Of a stretch of 64,000 nucleotides of DNA, positions 25,719 through 40,009 are shown in pieces. Origin of the DNA: Octopus vulgaris (Eukaryota); contig OX597827.1 of NCBI GenBank assembly GCA_951406725.2, positions 44,330,001 through 44,394,000 of the forward strand, written 5' to 3'. The notes under the pieces are model-generated. The model was given only the letters and a program-made list of their open reading frames with translations, searched no databases and had not been told where the DNA came from. Position numbers and translations under genes: made by a program. Positions within the stretch are counted from its first letter, which is position 1. Each line of letters starts with the position of its first letter.

Positions 25719-26672
25719 TATATGATTCTTTTGGGGAACGGTGAAACTCGAAGCTTAAATATTGAGTTAAGAACTCCTTTGGGAAACGGTGATACTTGAA
25801 ACATAAATATTGAGTTAAAAACCAGCTTTGGAAACGAGAAGTCGAATGCTGCTATTATTTATAGCTTTATCTGCATCGAGTTTCACGACACCGAAAATAG
25901 AATTATTTAAAGTTCTTCCAACGTTTATAAACTCTATTGACGTCAACAATATATATAAGAACGTTCGACTTGGAATAATTCTCAACTGGTGGCTGTGAGT
26001 AATTCACTGCTCAGGTTACCTCACATTTCAATACTAACAACTACAGTTCATTTAGGTTAAATACAGAGACTTGTATTAATGTCAACCTGATACATGACTA
26101 GCTTTAACATTTAATATATTGTACATATGAGTGTGTGAGTGACTGTGTGCGTGTGTGTACATCCGTATGAAAGCAGATCGTATGTGCATATATATATGAG
26201 TGTTTTGTGAGTGTGTGTGTGAGTAATATAAAAGGGGAGAAATGGCAACATGGAATACCATACATGACTATTTCGCTTAATTTACAAAGATAAGATCGAC
26301 TTGACAATGAGGAGAATAGAGAAATTCCGTGAAGCTGATTCCTCATGCACCTATCTAGCAATCTTAAGATTCAATCTTTAATCTTAAGATGTATGTTTAG
26401 TGAACGTGCACTTATATGCTAAGGGAGTCGTAACTGAAGTCTTCGTCGTCCCGTTTGATAACTACCTTCTCTCTTGATCATACTACAGTATTAAATTGTT
26501 CCAACTTGCTCAACTAAAACAAATCCTTAAGACGAACAAAAGCACTGGGCTGCAGATGATTGCTCTCGGAGCATTTGGTACACGGATGCAGAAAAAGAAT
26601 AAATTTTTAAACGTCACTTCTATTTCATTGAATATCGCAGTCTGCAGTGTTTTGCATGATGTACGTATAATA

Positions 26673-27057
26673 TCTTTATATATAAAAGAGAGGTTGTGTG
26701 TCTGTCTCCTACGATTTAGATTCCTTACTCCCACATTTTGCGGTGCAGTTTAACCAAAACCGAGTATCTTATAGTCGTGATTCATATCGAGCCCTTCTGG
26801 GTATTAGCGCGCGTCTACGATGAGTCTACGATTAAAAAAAAAACTTTACTATCATTTTTTTCCATTTTAATGCATTTTTTCGCTATTATATAAGGGAAGT
26901 AACTCTCTAAAAATGTCTACGATTTAAAAAAAAATTTACCATAATTTTTTTTCCATTTTTAGTGCATTTTTTTGCTACTTTTTGGCTATAACTCTCTAAA
27001 AATGCTTATATAGTTATTTTCCTTACAAACCAGAGCAACGCCGGGCGATACTGCTAG
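26673..27057 (+). mobile_element. Non-autonomous Helitron
   Basis: A|TC start (tctttatatataaaag), 3' GC-rich hairpin-like gagcaacgccggg then CTAG|T, no TSD. Confidence 0.75.
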
Positions 27058-27559
27058 TATGTAATAGAAGTTATATACAATATGTAATATTTAAATTATA
27101 TATTATGCACTTTATTGTGTTTTGTTGTGCATGCTATCCCCCGGTCTGTGGAAAAATTGTCAAACATGGAACTAGTCTGTGGTGCAAAAAAAAGTTTGGG
27201 GAGCGCGGCTTTGTTGTACGTTAGAACATTGGTAAAGCTCATGTGTGTATGTGAATGCATGCATGCATGTGTGCGCAACCGTGAATGAGAAGCAGAGAGA
27301 TCAACAGAGTACTGTCCCTTGTTTATGAACTGTAAGGGACATAACTCAATAGGTAGCTGCGACAGCAGGAAAGTATAAGCTATAGATCGGCTGCCTGGAA
27401 GAAAGCTTTCTCAAATATCATATTACTGTCTTTTAAAATGAGATATAGACTGGACTGAGAATTCGTTGAAAAGCGATGATAAAGAAAGGGAATTGGATGG
27501 GTTATGACCCGAACACATTCGATCGGTACTTACCTGGTGACAAACTTAATTACACACGT

Positions 27560-27596
<37 letters not shown>

Positions 27597-27599
27597 ATC

Positions 27600-27719
27600 T
27601 TTTACTTGTTTCAACCGAATCGACCGCACTGCTTATTTTTCATAAAGCCTGATAATTTTTATTTTCTACATCGGTCTCTTTTTTCCAACAAGTAAGTTAT
27701 GGAGAGGTAAACAACTCAG

Positions 27720-27772
<53 letters not shown>

Positions 27773-27945
27773 AAATATACATACGTACGTACGACAGGCT
27801 TCTTTCGGTATGCGTCTACCAAATCCATTTGGTCGGTCCGGGCTATACTAGAAGAAAACTTACCCATGATGCGACGCAGTGGGACTGAATCTGGAACCTT
27901 TGGTTTGGGAAACAGGCTTCTTACCACACAGCCTCTCCTGCACCT
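27600..27945 (-). mobile_element. Degenerate group A SINE
   Basis: Head at 27880-27945, internal (TA)n, decayed 3' module. Confidence 0.7.
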
Positions 27946-27948
27946 GTA

Positions 27949-28004
<56 letters not shown>

Positions 28005-28454
28005 GCAAAAATGGGACAAGAACGCAAAACATCCAGACAGACGATACAAAGTAAACAAGGACGGGTCATTCGGAATTTTCTTTCTTCGGTCGTGTTCCAG
28101 ATTATCGTTGCAATTTCAGCTGGTTATACTCGAGATTGCTTCAATCTGGCCAGCCCCAAGGAAAAACTAAGCTAAGAGCACTAGATTCCTTCGGAGAAAG
28201 TAGCGAATGTATACAAAAACAAGGACGGGAAAAAAACGGAGAAATGGTATACAAATACAAATAACAGAACATTAACAACGGGTGTCTTTCGACTAAGGAC
28301 GAATTAAATTAAGCTAGCGTGTGTGGAAGTAAAGTCTTACGGCAGGGACATACGATTTGACAGGCACATGGAGATATCGGTCACTAGTAGTTCATATATT
28401 CAAAAAAGAAGTGCACTCTGCTCTAATATTAGAGTAACAATATTTAGCACGTTG

Positions 28455-28616
28455 TTTGCTATAGACGGTCAGAGAGTGACCGTTGGTTTCGCACCTATAA
28501 AGTGCTTAGTTGCATAGGCAATTTGCCAGGCTCAAATGACCAGAGGCACAGTCGCCTATACAGCTAAGCACTTAATAAGTGCGAAAGCAATGATCACTGT
28601 CACCAGTCATAACAAA
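28455..28616. repeat. Imperfect ~72-bp-arm inverted repeat (hairpin)
   Basis: Arm 28455-28527 aligns with the reverse complement of 28545-28616. Confidence 0.85.
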
Positions 28617-29064
28617 TATTCTTCTAAGTATATATATTATGTATGTATGTTTATGTGTACACACACACACGGTGTCATTGTTTCAACTACTGAGTGGTTG
28701 TGTGTGCGTACGATCTAAGTGTCTTCGTCATCACATCTCCACACGGAGTAGTAGTCTCTTAGGAATCAACAGCCAAGGGAAATAACTCATACTGAAAAAA
28801 CAAAAAACGATGTGAATGCTCTCAAGCGATATGTTACGGTTTCAAATTCATGGAAGAGGCGCGGTGTGTAAAAAAGGTAATTTAGTATTAAGATTAACAA
28901 AATTTTTCCTCTAAGATTTATTTATAATTCGTAGGCGCAAGCGCGGTGTGGTTCAGAAGCTCGCTTTGCAACTGCCTCGCCTCTGCCCCGGGCTGAGCAA
29001 TGTTTTAGGAGTGAATTTTGTACGTGGAACTTATTTGGAATCCCGTTTTATAATTAGGTATTAT

Positions 29065-29385
29065 AACAAGTTTGCTTCCTAACCACATGGTACAGAGTTC
29101 AGTCCCACTGCAGGGTACCTTGGGCAAGTGTCTTCTACTAAAGCCTCGGGCCGGCCAATGCCTTGTGAGTGGATTTGGTACACGGAAACTGGAAGAAGTC
29201 CGTCGGGTATGTGCACATTAGTGTGTGTGTGTATGTGTGTGTTTACGTCCCTGTAACTTAGCTTTCCGGCAAAAGAGAACGACAGAATGAGTACCAAACT
29301 TATAAGTGTCGATGTTCCCGACTAAAACTCTCCAAGATTGTGCCCCAGCATGGCCGCAGTCTAATGAGTGGCACAAGTAAAAGAA
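29065..29385 (+). mobile_element. Group A SINE
   Basis: Core plus 3' module. Confidence 0.8.
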
Positions 29386-29702
29386 AACATTAAACATCAA
29401 TTGCTATAAAGGCTAATTTAAGGTACTGAGTTTTTTTATTTTTTATTTCATTAAATTTCCTTAAATTACTGAGCTTGATACAGCCGTTAACATATCTTTT
29501 TGTGTCTCTTGCAGTCAATCAGGAAACACACAAAACCCTTACTGGTCAAGTGTTTGTCAGGAGCCGACTGCAGTTGCTGACCATTTGTCCATGATGAAAA
29601 TGACACTGACCGAGCCAAATATTAAAGTCTGTTCAAAATATTGCGCCCTGTACTAGAGTTCTTCCTGCTGAGGATACGCATACCGGAATATACACACATA
29701 TA

Positions 29703-29995
29703 TAGGCGCAGGCGAGGCTGTGTGGTAAGAAGATTGCTTCCCAATCACATGGCTCCGGGTTCAGTTCCCCTGCGTGGCACCTTGGGCAAGTGTCGTCTAC
29801 TATAAGCCTTGGGCCGACCAGAGCTTTCTAAGCGGATTCGGTAAACAGAAACTGAAAGAAACCCGTCGTATATGTGTGTGTGTGTGTGTCTGTCCCTTTG
29901 ACAACCAACTGTACCTTAACGGTTCGGCAAAAGACCTATAGAATAAGTACTAAGCTTACAAAGAATAAGCCCAGGGGTCAATTTCTTCGACTAAA
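29703..29995 (+). mobile_element. Group A SINE
   Basis: Head aggcgcaggcgaggctgtgtggtaag, core and partial 3' module. Confidence 0.85.
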
Positions 29996-31477
29996 GTAAT
30001 ATCATTTGGGGAGGATTTTGTATGACAATGTTGATAATGTCTTGTGGACTTCTTTCAAAACAAAGGGAAACATGTCGATGCCTATAGATGTTGATCACTT
30101 CTATGGGTTGATAAAATGAGTACTCTGTTTTGCGGCATGTAAAAAGATATGTTTAAAAAAAAGACCTAGAAAATTACAATGCATCTTTCACGACACTAGA
30201 TGAAAATCACAAGGAAGTTAAAGTGAAAAGTATAATGTTGGGAACAACAACAATACTTGGAAGCAAACCTCTGGTTTAGGTGAATTCGCTTAATGCCGAG
30301 TGTGAGATTTTGACGTTAGTTTACTCCCTAATTTTGTCTGACAATAGGCATTTATCATGTGCCTGCTAGGCACTGACCGATCGAATGACCAGGATTTTGG
30401 TAATTATAGAAAACTTGTTTTTTGGAATTGTATTTCCCAGATCAGGGTGTGTCTAACATACCATATCTTTTTTTTTTTTGAATTCTAGAATTAAATTTCT
30501 CAAGTCAGACTGTGTCTACCATGCCGTAAAATACGTTATGGCAGACGAAGTGTACTCTATGTTAAAGATGAAATATAACCCTATACGAACTTTAAAATTT
30601 TAGACCAGAAATGGTCGTACCTCCATCATAACACTTTAATTCCGGAAGAAAACTGGATATATTTCCACCATGGCACTCTGAACTTGTGACATTGACAAAA
30701 GAAAGAAAAAAAAACAAAAAAAAACTAAGGAATTTTGCAAGAAAATCATAATCAATAGAAATAACCTCAATACATGTGTGGTACGCCTTTTATTAATCCT
30801 GGTTAGACGTTGCCAGCAATATTTTTATTTCAGAACTAGTGACAAATGATCCTAAATGTTGCAAGCAATCCTGTTTGGTGCCCGATCGCTTGTCACATGC
30901 GCGCGCGTATTATATGTGTCATATGAGCTATATGAGTTGATTTATAGTACTGGTTTTGTGGCAGGGAGGCTCGTTTATAGCTACCAAAGCTATAGCAGTA
31001 CAAGGAGATGCAAAGAGATACGATACACATTTATATAATGGGGCTTCTTTAAGTTTCCGTCGACCAAATCCACTCAGAAGGCTTTGGTCGGCCCAAACCT
31101 ATGGAAGACAATTATTCAAGAGTACCACGCAGTGGAACTGAACCTGAAACCAGGTAGTTTGGAAGCAAACTTCTTACTCACAGTCACCCACATATCATCA
31201 TCGTCGTTTTAACGTGCACTTTTCCATGCGTATATGTGTCAGGCATAGATTGTTTGGGAGCATTTTCTACTGCCGGGTGGCCTTCCGGTCGCTAACCCTC
31301 ATTCCTCCAAACCCAGATAGGATTCCCATCCCGTAACAATGAAAATGAAGGACATCACGATGACACTCTTTTACCACTATCACGCGAAGTCAAGTTAGGA
31401 GACAGTGACACACACACACATATTCCGCTTGAACTTTCCAGGCGTCAACATGTACTTCCTTGCGACATATATATATT

Positions 31478-31643
31478 ACGACGAGCTACTTTCAGTTTCT
31501 GTCGACCAAATCCACACGCTAGGCTTTGGTCAGCCTAAGCAATAGTAGAAGATACTTGCCTGAGGTGCCACGCAGTGGGACAGAACCCGTAACCATGCGG
31601 TTGGGAAGCAAACTCCAAACCATACAGCCGCACCAGGCACCCC
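31478..31643 (-). mobile_element. Group A SINE 5' half (another at 31038-31190)
   Basis: Matches the head and core. Confidence 0.75.
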
Positions 31644-31658
31644 TATATAATACACAAA

Positions 31659-32884
31659 CTGGGTTGGAACAAAAGTTTATACCAGTTTTCAGATTGTGTT
31701 GTTTAAACACAGAATTTTGTTTCTCACGCGACAGAAGCATATAACATTTTTCTTTTTTCTGAACGGGAACAGTTCAACATGTCTTTCTATGTAATTACTA
31801 TGCGGATAGTTTATTTCTACTGCTTTTTTTTTTATTTCTAAAGTGAAAATGGAGGAAAATGGGATACATTTTCATTATTTGAAGCTTGTATGTTTTGAGA
31901 AGGGTAGAAGAAAAAAAAAATCACTGTACAAAGCGCAAAAAAGATTGTGCAATTTATGGGGATGGCGTCATAGCTGAGAGGACTGTTCGTAAGTGATTCG
32001 CTAGGATTAGGTGTGAAAATGCTGATCTGAAAGTCCGTAAGCGTTCCGTGAGGTCTAAACTTGATGATGACCAAACAGAAATACTAATCAGAAATGATAC
32101 AGATGACATGACACAAAACATTGTAGAGATACTCACCACATCTCATAAGCGTTATAAGGAATCTAAAACACTTGAATATGTGAATTGCTATAATGCTTAG
32201 ATGCCTCAGAATGTAACGGGAAGAAAAATTACAGACTGCATTTCAATTTGCAGTTCTCTCTCCAAATGCAACAGAAACGACCCATTTTTGGAACAAAAAA
32301 GTTCTGGACAAGACGAAATTAACCAATTAACGACCTTTAATTTCTCCAAAAGTACATCACAAGGTGATACTCTGTACTTAGTGGGATTGGAAGAGCATTG
32401 TGTATTGCGAGCACCTTCTACAGAATCGGATGTTGAATTCAATTATTGCGTCCAATTAGACCGATTAAAGGAGATAATCGATGAAAAACATTCAGAATTG
32501 GTAAATCCTCGTTCAAGATAACGCTAGACTACACCTTTCCTTGCAGACCCAACAGAAGTTGGTCCATCTTAGCTGAGATGTCCTACCGCACCCAACCTGA
32601 CCGTGCACCTTCGGATTACAGTTTCTTTCGATTCTTACAAAATTATTTTAAAGGAAAGAACTTCGTTTCTTTGGAAAACTGTAAAAACTACCAAGACATA
32701 TTCATGATGACCCTAAGAAGATACAAAGTTCTGGGAGGATGGAATCATGAAGCTGCCTCGAAGACGGCGAAAGGTAGAGGGGCAAACTGGGACAAATGTG
32801 GCTGAACAAAAAGAGGGCATAAATATCGAAATACTGTTTTCTAGTTTTACTTAATAAACAGTATAAACTTTTGTTCCAACACAA
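31659..32884 (+). mobile_element. Near full-length degenerate mariner transposon
   Basis: TIRs gggttggaacaaaagtttatac / gtataaacttttgttccaac. Motifs CAIYGDG, YCVQLDRL, QDNARLH and PDRAPSDYSFFRFLQN. Confidence 0.9.
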
Positions 32885-34479
32885 TATGCGTTTGTGCTTG
32901 CGTGTGTGTGTGTGTGTGTAGCCATGCTTTTAGGTACCCTAAGTCAGTATGAGAACTAGATATAGTAATCAAAAAGAATCATAATAAAATATTTTGTAGG
33001 TTGGATTTGAGCCTAAGACCACTAAATAACCAAAATACTGGCATTCAAGATAACCTGCATCTCAATTGGAAACTGGGATTTAGGAAAGGTAAAATGCAGA
33101 GGAAGTAAGTGCAAAGCGAAATCAAAAGTTACCAACTAAATATACACTACTTTCAAATCTGTCCCTATCTCAACCGTCTGTCGCTTTCCTTTAAACCCAC
33201 CCAACCTTTGTCGATTTTCTACCCCTGTTCTTTCTCTGTCCACCGTCATGTACCTTGAATGTTACACCCCGACATCTCATCACGGCCAACATTTCTTTTT
33301 CTGACGGGAGTAGACATCCCTGTCCCTCGTACTTTAACTACTCTATGCCTAGCACGAAGCAACCTCTCTCAATACTACACACCAACTCTGTTAAGGGGTT
33401 TCGTCTTGTGAGTTAGTAGCTAACTTCTTTAGTGTTGGTGTCATGAAATTAAATTTTTTAAAAAAGCACCTAGTACAGTGTGTAAAATGAGTTGCCGTTA
33501 GGAAGTATATCCACCCATACAAAATATAGGATAAAAATTCCTTCCGGAAACATAATATACTAATGGGACCAGTTCCTCGATTTCTGAGGCGTATATTTTT
33601 CCCTTCCCCAAGATGGGACGCAAGTCCATAACAAGAGTACTTATTTTTACCAGTTGAATGCACCGCAGCAACATGAAATAAAGTGTCTTGCTGCAGAACA
33701 CAACGCATCACCATGTCCAGGAATCGAGATCAACATCCTACGATCAGGAGCCTGACACCTGTAACCACTAAGCCACGCACCTTCTCTCTTAGACTGCATC
33801 AGAAAAGTCAGATCCAGTCGAATGATCCAATGCATGCCAGCATGGAAAACGGACGTTAAATGGCGATGACGATGATAGAATTTCTAGAAATAAAGTTAAA
33901 TAGTATGCCTGTGAGTCTTGAATTAAGAATGGTAGTTGTAACCATTCGTGTATATTTGATCTTGTTTTGTAGTCTTCATCCCTATACGTTCTTCTCTGCC
34001 AATGTAGATATAATTACAAAATTGATTTTTTAGAAAAAATTTTCACAGAAAAAAAAAAGAGCCTACAGCCAAAATTTTCAAGAGCTGCATTAGAAAAATG
34101 GAAAGTTGTTTCATGAGGTGATGCCCCAGCATGGCCTTAATCAATGATGCTCAGATGAAGTTAAAGAACATGTTGAAAAGACGATCACAAATTATCTCCC
34201 TTGTCTCTAGAAGTCAAAAGTCATTTCGGCAACATTATAATGTGAACACTGCCATTGTTTCTTCGATTATTGTTATTGTTATTGTGATAAAATCTCATAC
34301 TGGAACAAGGTCATAAGCCACTGTACTGAAGTAGTGCTTTATTGGTATAGAATTTATTTACTATTACAACGATGGCAGCCAAAGATGAGCCTGGAAAACA
34401 AAGAAAAAGTTTTTTCATTTCTTTCAAAATCTCACTAATGACTTCTAATGTAGCCACACAATAAAACACTTTTAGTTGG

Positions 34480-37053
34480 AACCAACTGGTTAAATCAATC
34501 ATTTATAGTTAAACAGGTGTCACTTTTATCTGACCAAAGAGGGTAAAACGCAATGTCGATGACACGGAGGTTTGGGACTCAGAAAAACAACGGGAGGTAA
34601 CCAAACAAGGAGCCAGAATGATGTCGATGTTAACGATAATCATTTTGGAACACGAGAAAACGAATAATATCGAAGATAGGCTTAACTGAACCTCAACACA
34701 TGACTGGTACTTATTTCATCAATCCTAGAAAAATGAAATACAAAACCAATTGTAATTAAGTTCTAAGGACCACAGATTGAAGAAAATGAACAGAACCAAC
34801 ATCCATCGACAAGGTTGCAAAAGCAACGAGAAATTTGGAAGAAAAATATGAGTGGAAATCGAACCAGTGAGTGTGTTAGATAATAAGGCATTAAAACAGT
34901 ATGACTCTCCCCAGACATGACAAAATACAGCACAATTTTACCAGTTCTATCATACTAATGAATGCAATTGATAGAGGCACTAGGCTCTATCATTTCAACC
35001 CCAGTAAATGACTGGTATTTTATCAGTCATAGGAATGTGGTCATGAATAAGTATTGTAAAAGCATTCTGCCCAAAACCAAAAATTCTGCAAATCTACTGC
35101 CTTTTATGCAATAACGGTTTCATATTTTGGCACAAGGCCAACAATTTTGAGGGTGGGGCTAAACTGATTACATCAACCCCATTGTGCAACAGGAACTTAT
35201 TTTATCGACCCTGGAAGGATGAAAGGCAAAGTCAACCCTGGCGGAATTTGAACTCAGAATGTAAAATAGATGAAATCGCGCTAAGATTTTCACTGTCTCA
35301 CGTTTCAGTCATTTGACTGTGCCCATGCTGGAGCACCACCTTTAGTCGAGCAAATCGACCCCAAGACTTATTCTTTCTGAGCCTAGTACTTATTCTATCA
35401 GTCTCTTTTGCCGAACCGCTAAGTTACAGGGACATAAACATACCAGGATCGGTTGTCAAGTGATGTTGGGGGGAAAAACACAGACACACAAACATATACG
35501 CACACACATACATACATATATATATATATATAGACACATATGTACAATGGGCTTCTTTCAGTTTATGTCTACCAAATCCACTCACAAGGCTTTGGTCAGT
35601 CTGAGGCTGTAGGAGAAGATACTTCCACAAGGTGCCAGACAGTGGGACTGAACCCGGAACCATGTGGTTGGTAAGCAAGCTACTTACCACGCCTATATGC
35701 CTTTTATGTAATAATAATAATAATAATTTCAAATTTTAGCACAAGGCCAACAATTTCAGGGGAGAAAGTCACTTTCGCCATCAAACCCAGTACACAAATG
35801 GTACTTAGTTCCTCAACCCCCAAGAGGATGAAGGGCAAAGTCGACCTCAGGAGAATTTGAACTCAGAATGTGAAGCTAGACAAAAATCTGCTTTGAATTT
35901 TGCCCAGAGTGCTAACACTTTCGCCATCTCACCACTTTACTACTACTACCAATAGTAAAGATAATGATTTCAAATTTTTGGCACAAAGCCAGCAATTCCG
36001 GGGGAAGCAGTAAGTCAATTACACGGATCCCAGTGCTCAACTGGTTCTTTTTTTTTTTTTTCATTGACCTTCAAACGGATTAAAAGGCAAAGTCGACTGC
36101 AGTGAAATTTGAATTCAGAACATGAACTGAGAGAAATGCTATTGAGTGTTTTGTCTGGTTCGCTAATAATTTTACAAGTTTGCCATCAACCTCACTTAAA
36201 AAACAAACATTAATAATAATAATAATAGTAGTAGTTTCAAATTTTGACACAAGGGCAGCAATTTATTTGTGTGTGTGGGGGGGGGGGAATAAGTCGATTA
36301 CATCAATCCCCAGTATCTCACTAGTATTTAATTTATCCACCTCGAGAGGATGAAAGGTGAAGTTGATCTTGGCAGAATTTGAACTCAGAACGTAGTGGCA
36401 GGCGAAATACTGCTAAACGTTTCATCCAGTGTGCTAACAATTCTGCTAGCTCACTGCCCTATTCATCATCACCGTTTAACGTCTGTTTTCCATGCTGGCA
36501 TGGGTTGGACGGTTTGACTGGGGACTGGTGAGCCAGATGGCTGCACCAGGCTCCAGTCTGATCTAGCAGGGTTTCTACAGCTGGATGCCCTTCTTCATGT
36601 CAACCACTTCGAGAGTGTAGTGGGTCCTTTTATGTGCCATCGGCATGAGGGCTAGTCAGGTGGTACAGGCAACGGCCACACTCAAATGGCGTTTTTACAC
36701 AGGAGCCAGTCCAGTGGCACTGGCTACACCCTCGCTCGAATGTTGTTTTTCCCGTACCACCGACACTGGTAATGATCACACTCGAATGGTACTTTCTATG
36801 TGCCACCGGCATGGGGGCCAGTCAGCGGCCCTGGCAACAATAATAGTGGTTTTAAAATTTGGCACAGGCCCAGCAGTTTTTGAGGGGAAGTGGAAATCTA
36901 TTAGATTGGCCGCAATGGGCCTTATTTTATTGACCTGGGAAGAATGAAGGGAAAAGTCAACCTGAACAGAATTTGAACTTAGATCATGAAGCTGCATGAA
37001 ATGCTAAGCAGCATTTCATCCAGCATGCTGACAATTCTACCAGCCGGCCACCC

Positions 37054-37088
<35 letters not shown>

Positions 37089-38129
37089 CCTTTCTACTAT
37101 ATGCACAAGAGTTCAAATTAGAGGGGAGGGGGATGGTCAATCACAATGACCCCAAAACTTGACTGGTACTTGATTTATTAACCTCGAAAGGATGCAAGAC
37201 AAAGTCAACTTCGGTGGAATTTGAACTCAGAAAATAGTGATGGGCAAAATACTGCTAAGCATTTCATCCAACATGCTAACAGTTCTGCCAGCTTGTTAAC
37301 TTCTTAATAATAGTAATTATTATCCTTTCTACTATAGAGGCACAAGGCCTGAAATTATGGGGGAAACAATAAGTCAATTACATCAACCCCAGTGTTCAAC
37401 TGGTACTTAATTTATCGACCCCGAAAGGATGAAAGGCAAAGTCAACTTCAGCAGAAATTGAACTCAGAACACAGTGACAGGCAAAATACCACTAATCATT
37501 TCGTCCAGCATGCTAATGATTCTGCTAGCTCACGGCCTTCTTAATAATAGTGATAATTATTATTATTTCTACTCAAGGCACAAGGCCTTGAAAATATTGG
37601 GGGTAAGAAGGCTAGTCGATTACATTGACCCCAGTGTGTAACTGGTACTTATTTCATCGACCCTGAAAGATTCGATTGATAACAGCAGAATCTGAACGCA
37701 AGCATAATGACACATGAAATCTTGCTCAGCATTTTGCCTAGCATGCTAACCATTCTACTAGCTACCATCCTTAATAATAATAATAATAATGGTTTCACAT
37801 TTTGGCACAAGGCCAGCAGTTTCAAGGAGAGGGCTACTTGATTACAATGACATCCGTGCACTGCCTCCAGTACATGAACAGGTGCTTTATTTTACTGACC
37901 TCAGAAAGAAAAATAGCAAAGATGGTTTTGGTAGGATTTGAATTCAGAGTGAAAGGCGATGCAACAAATGCTGCAGAGTAGTTTTTCTGTTGCTCTAAAG
38001 ATTCTGTCAATCAACCATGCTCCTATACTACTGCTAATAATAATAATAATAATCCTTTCTACTATAGGCACAAGGCCTGAAATTTTAATTGGGTGACTGT
38101 CATTTATTGCTTCCAGTGAATCAACAGAG

Positions 38130-38165
<36 letters not shown>

Positions 38166-38392
38166 GTTTCTTTACTACCCACAAGGGCTAAACAAAGAGA
38201 GGACAAACAAGGACAGACAAATGGATTAAGTTGATTATATCGACCCCAGTGCGTAACTGGTACTTATTTAATCGACCCCCCAAAAGGATGAAAGGCAAAG
38301 TCGACCTCGGGGGAATTTGAACTCAGAATGTAACAGCAGACGAAATACTGCTAAGCATTTCGCCCGGCGTGCTAACGTTTCTGCCAGCTCGC
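34480..38392 (-). repeat. Head-to-tail array of roughly 14 group B SINE copies separated by (AAT)n, with a group A SINE (35295-35700) and an RTE tail (36465-36838) inserted
   Basis: ggcacaaggcc...aaaggatgaaaggcaaagtc...gaatttgaactcagaa recurs every ~200-270 bp in one orientation. Confidence 0.88.
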
Positions 38393-38393
38393 C

Positions 38394-38429
<36 letters not shown>

Positions 38430-40009
38430 GTGTGTCTTTATACATATACATGTATATAATAATCAGCATATACATGAGAAAAATTGTCAAACTCCACTAT
38501 TTCAAAGACTGGTAATGAAACTAAGGTACAATAGGTGAGAGTATTCTTGAAATGCATCAAAATGGAAGAATACAAACTCTGAAATTAGAAAAAAAAGCAT
38601 ACACAAGAGCAAACAAGAAAACAATAAAGGTAGTACAAATGCCAGTTTTTGGTGTCCAAAGAAATATTAGAGGGGAAAAAAAAAGGAGTAAAAAAAATAT
38701 TCATCAATACTGTGTAATAAGGTATATCAGCCTCTTAAAACGTGTGTATGCATGTATATACATACATATGCTCACACATGCATATACCAATATATATGCA
38801 TATAAAAGTACACATGGATATGTATCTATACACATACATGGAAACCTTGGATAAACTGCATATATTTGTATATACATTTATAAATATAGATATATACCTG
38901 TATGTGTGTATGTATATATATATATATACATATACGCACACACGTATATATATGAATACACATGCATATGTGTGTACACATACAAATATGCCTCTACATA
39001 TCGTTGTTATTATGTTAAACTGTCGTATGTCCAAATGTGTGTTTTTTATTTTTAAATATTCATTTTTGCTACAATAGCTGGTTCTTTTGGTCAAACCATC
39101 GTTATCTCCAGCTACTTCTCCGTATGTATGTATGTGTGTATTTATATATATATATATATATATAAAAGCTCCTTGACATATTCTACAAAACATATATTGA
39201 AGGATTTTGTTTTTGCATTGATACAGGCATGTAAGTAATTTATTTATTACTAAATATAATAATATAAATTATTTACATGTCTTTAAGTTACAAAACAATT
39301 TGTTGTGATATTAGAAATTTGTTATTGTTAAATAAAATTTAATTTGTCATTTATGCCTTTATAATTAATAGTGACACAAACAGTATTAATTAATACCAAA
39401 AAGTAATATTTATCGTCCACTAAAAGTGGGGGTTCTGTTAGAACACACAATACTATGCTTATATGCATGACTAGTACATATGAGAAGTTCTCTCATGGTA
39501 AATAACACAGTATTCCATGTTCTAACACAACCTTCATTTTTACTGGAAGATGAAAAATACCATATATTGGATGTGTAGTTTAACACCTGGAGCTGCAGTA
39601 GACATTCCAAGAAATTATCACATGTAGACAACAAATGCTAAGAAACACAGATAATCAGACAATATTTTGTTACCACCAGCTGTTTTGCATTGTTGTATCA
39701 AGTGATTTCACCATACTATGTATCATCAGAAGCAGTCAGCCAAACTACATGAGATGATCTCTTAGGACATTTACCGCAGTCCAAGTTAGGGTTAGATGTG
39801 CTAATTAATATTCATTACAAAAACTGCTTTATCGCTCATAACAAATACACACTTGCACATAGATGTGAGTTTTAGCAGAAGACATTTGCGTAAAGTACCA
39901 CAGTGAGGCAGAACCCAAAACCATGACATCAGGAAGCAAAACTCTTAAATATACAACTAAGTCTGCACTTTTCTATATACACAGAAAAACATTACCACCA
40001 TTGCCATCA

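Noticed and set aside
39410-39800. 74-aa minus-strand ORF and a TTAGGGTTAG motif
   Set aside because: No recognisable homology, and under two telomeric units is not meaningful.
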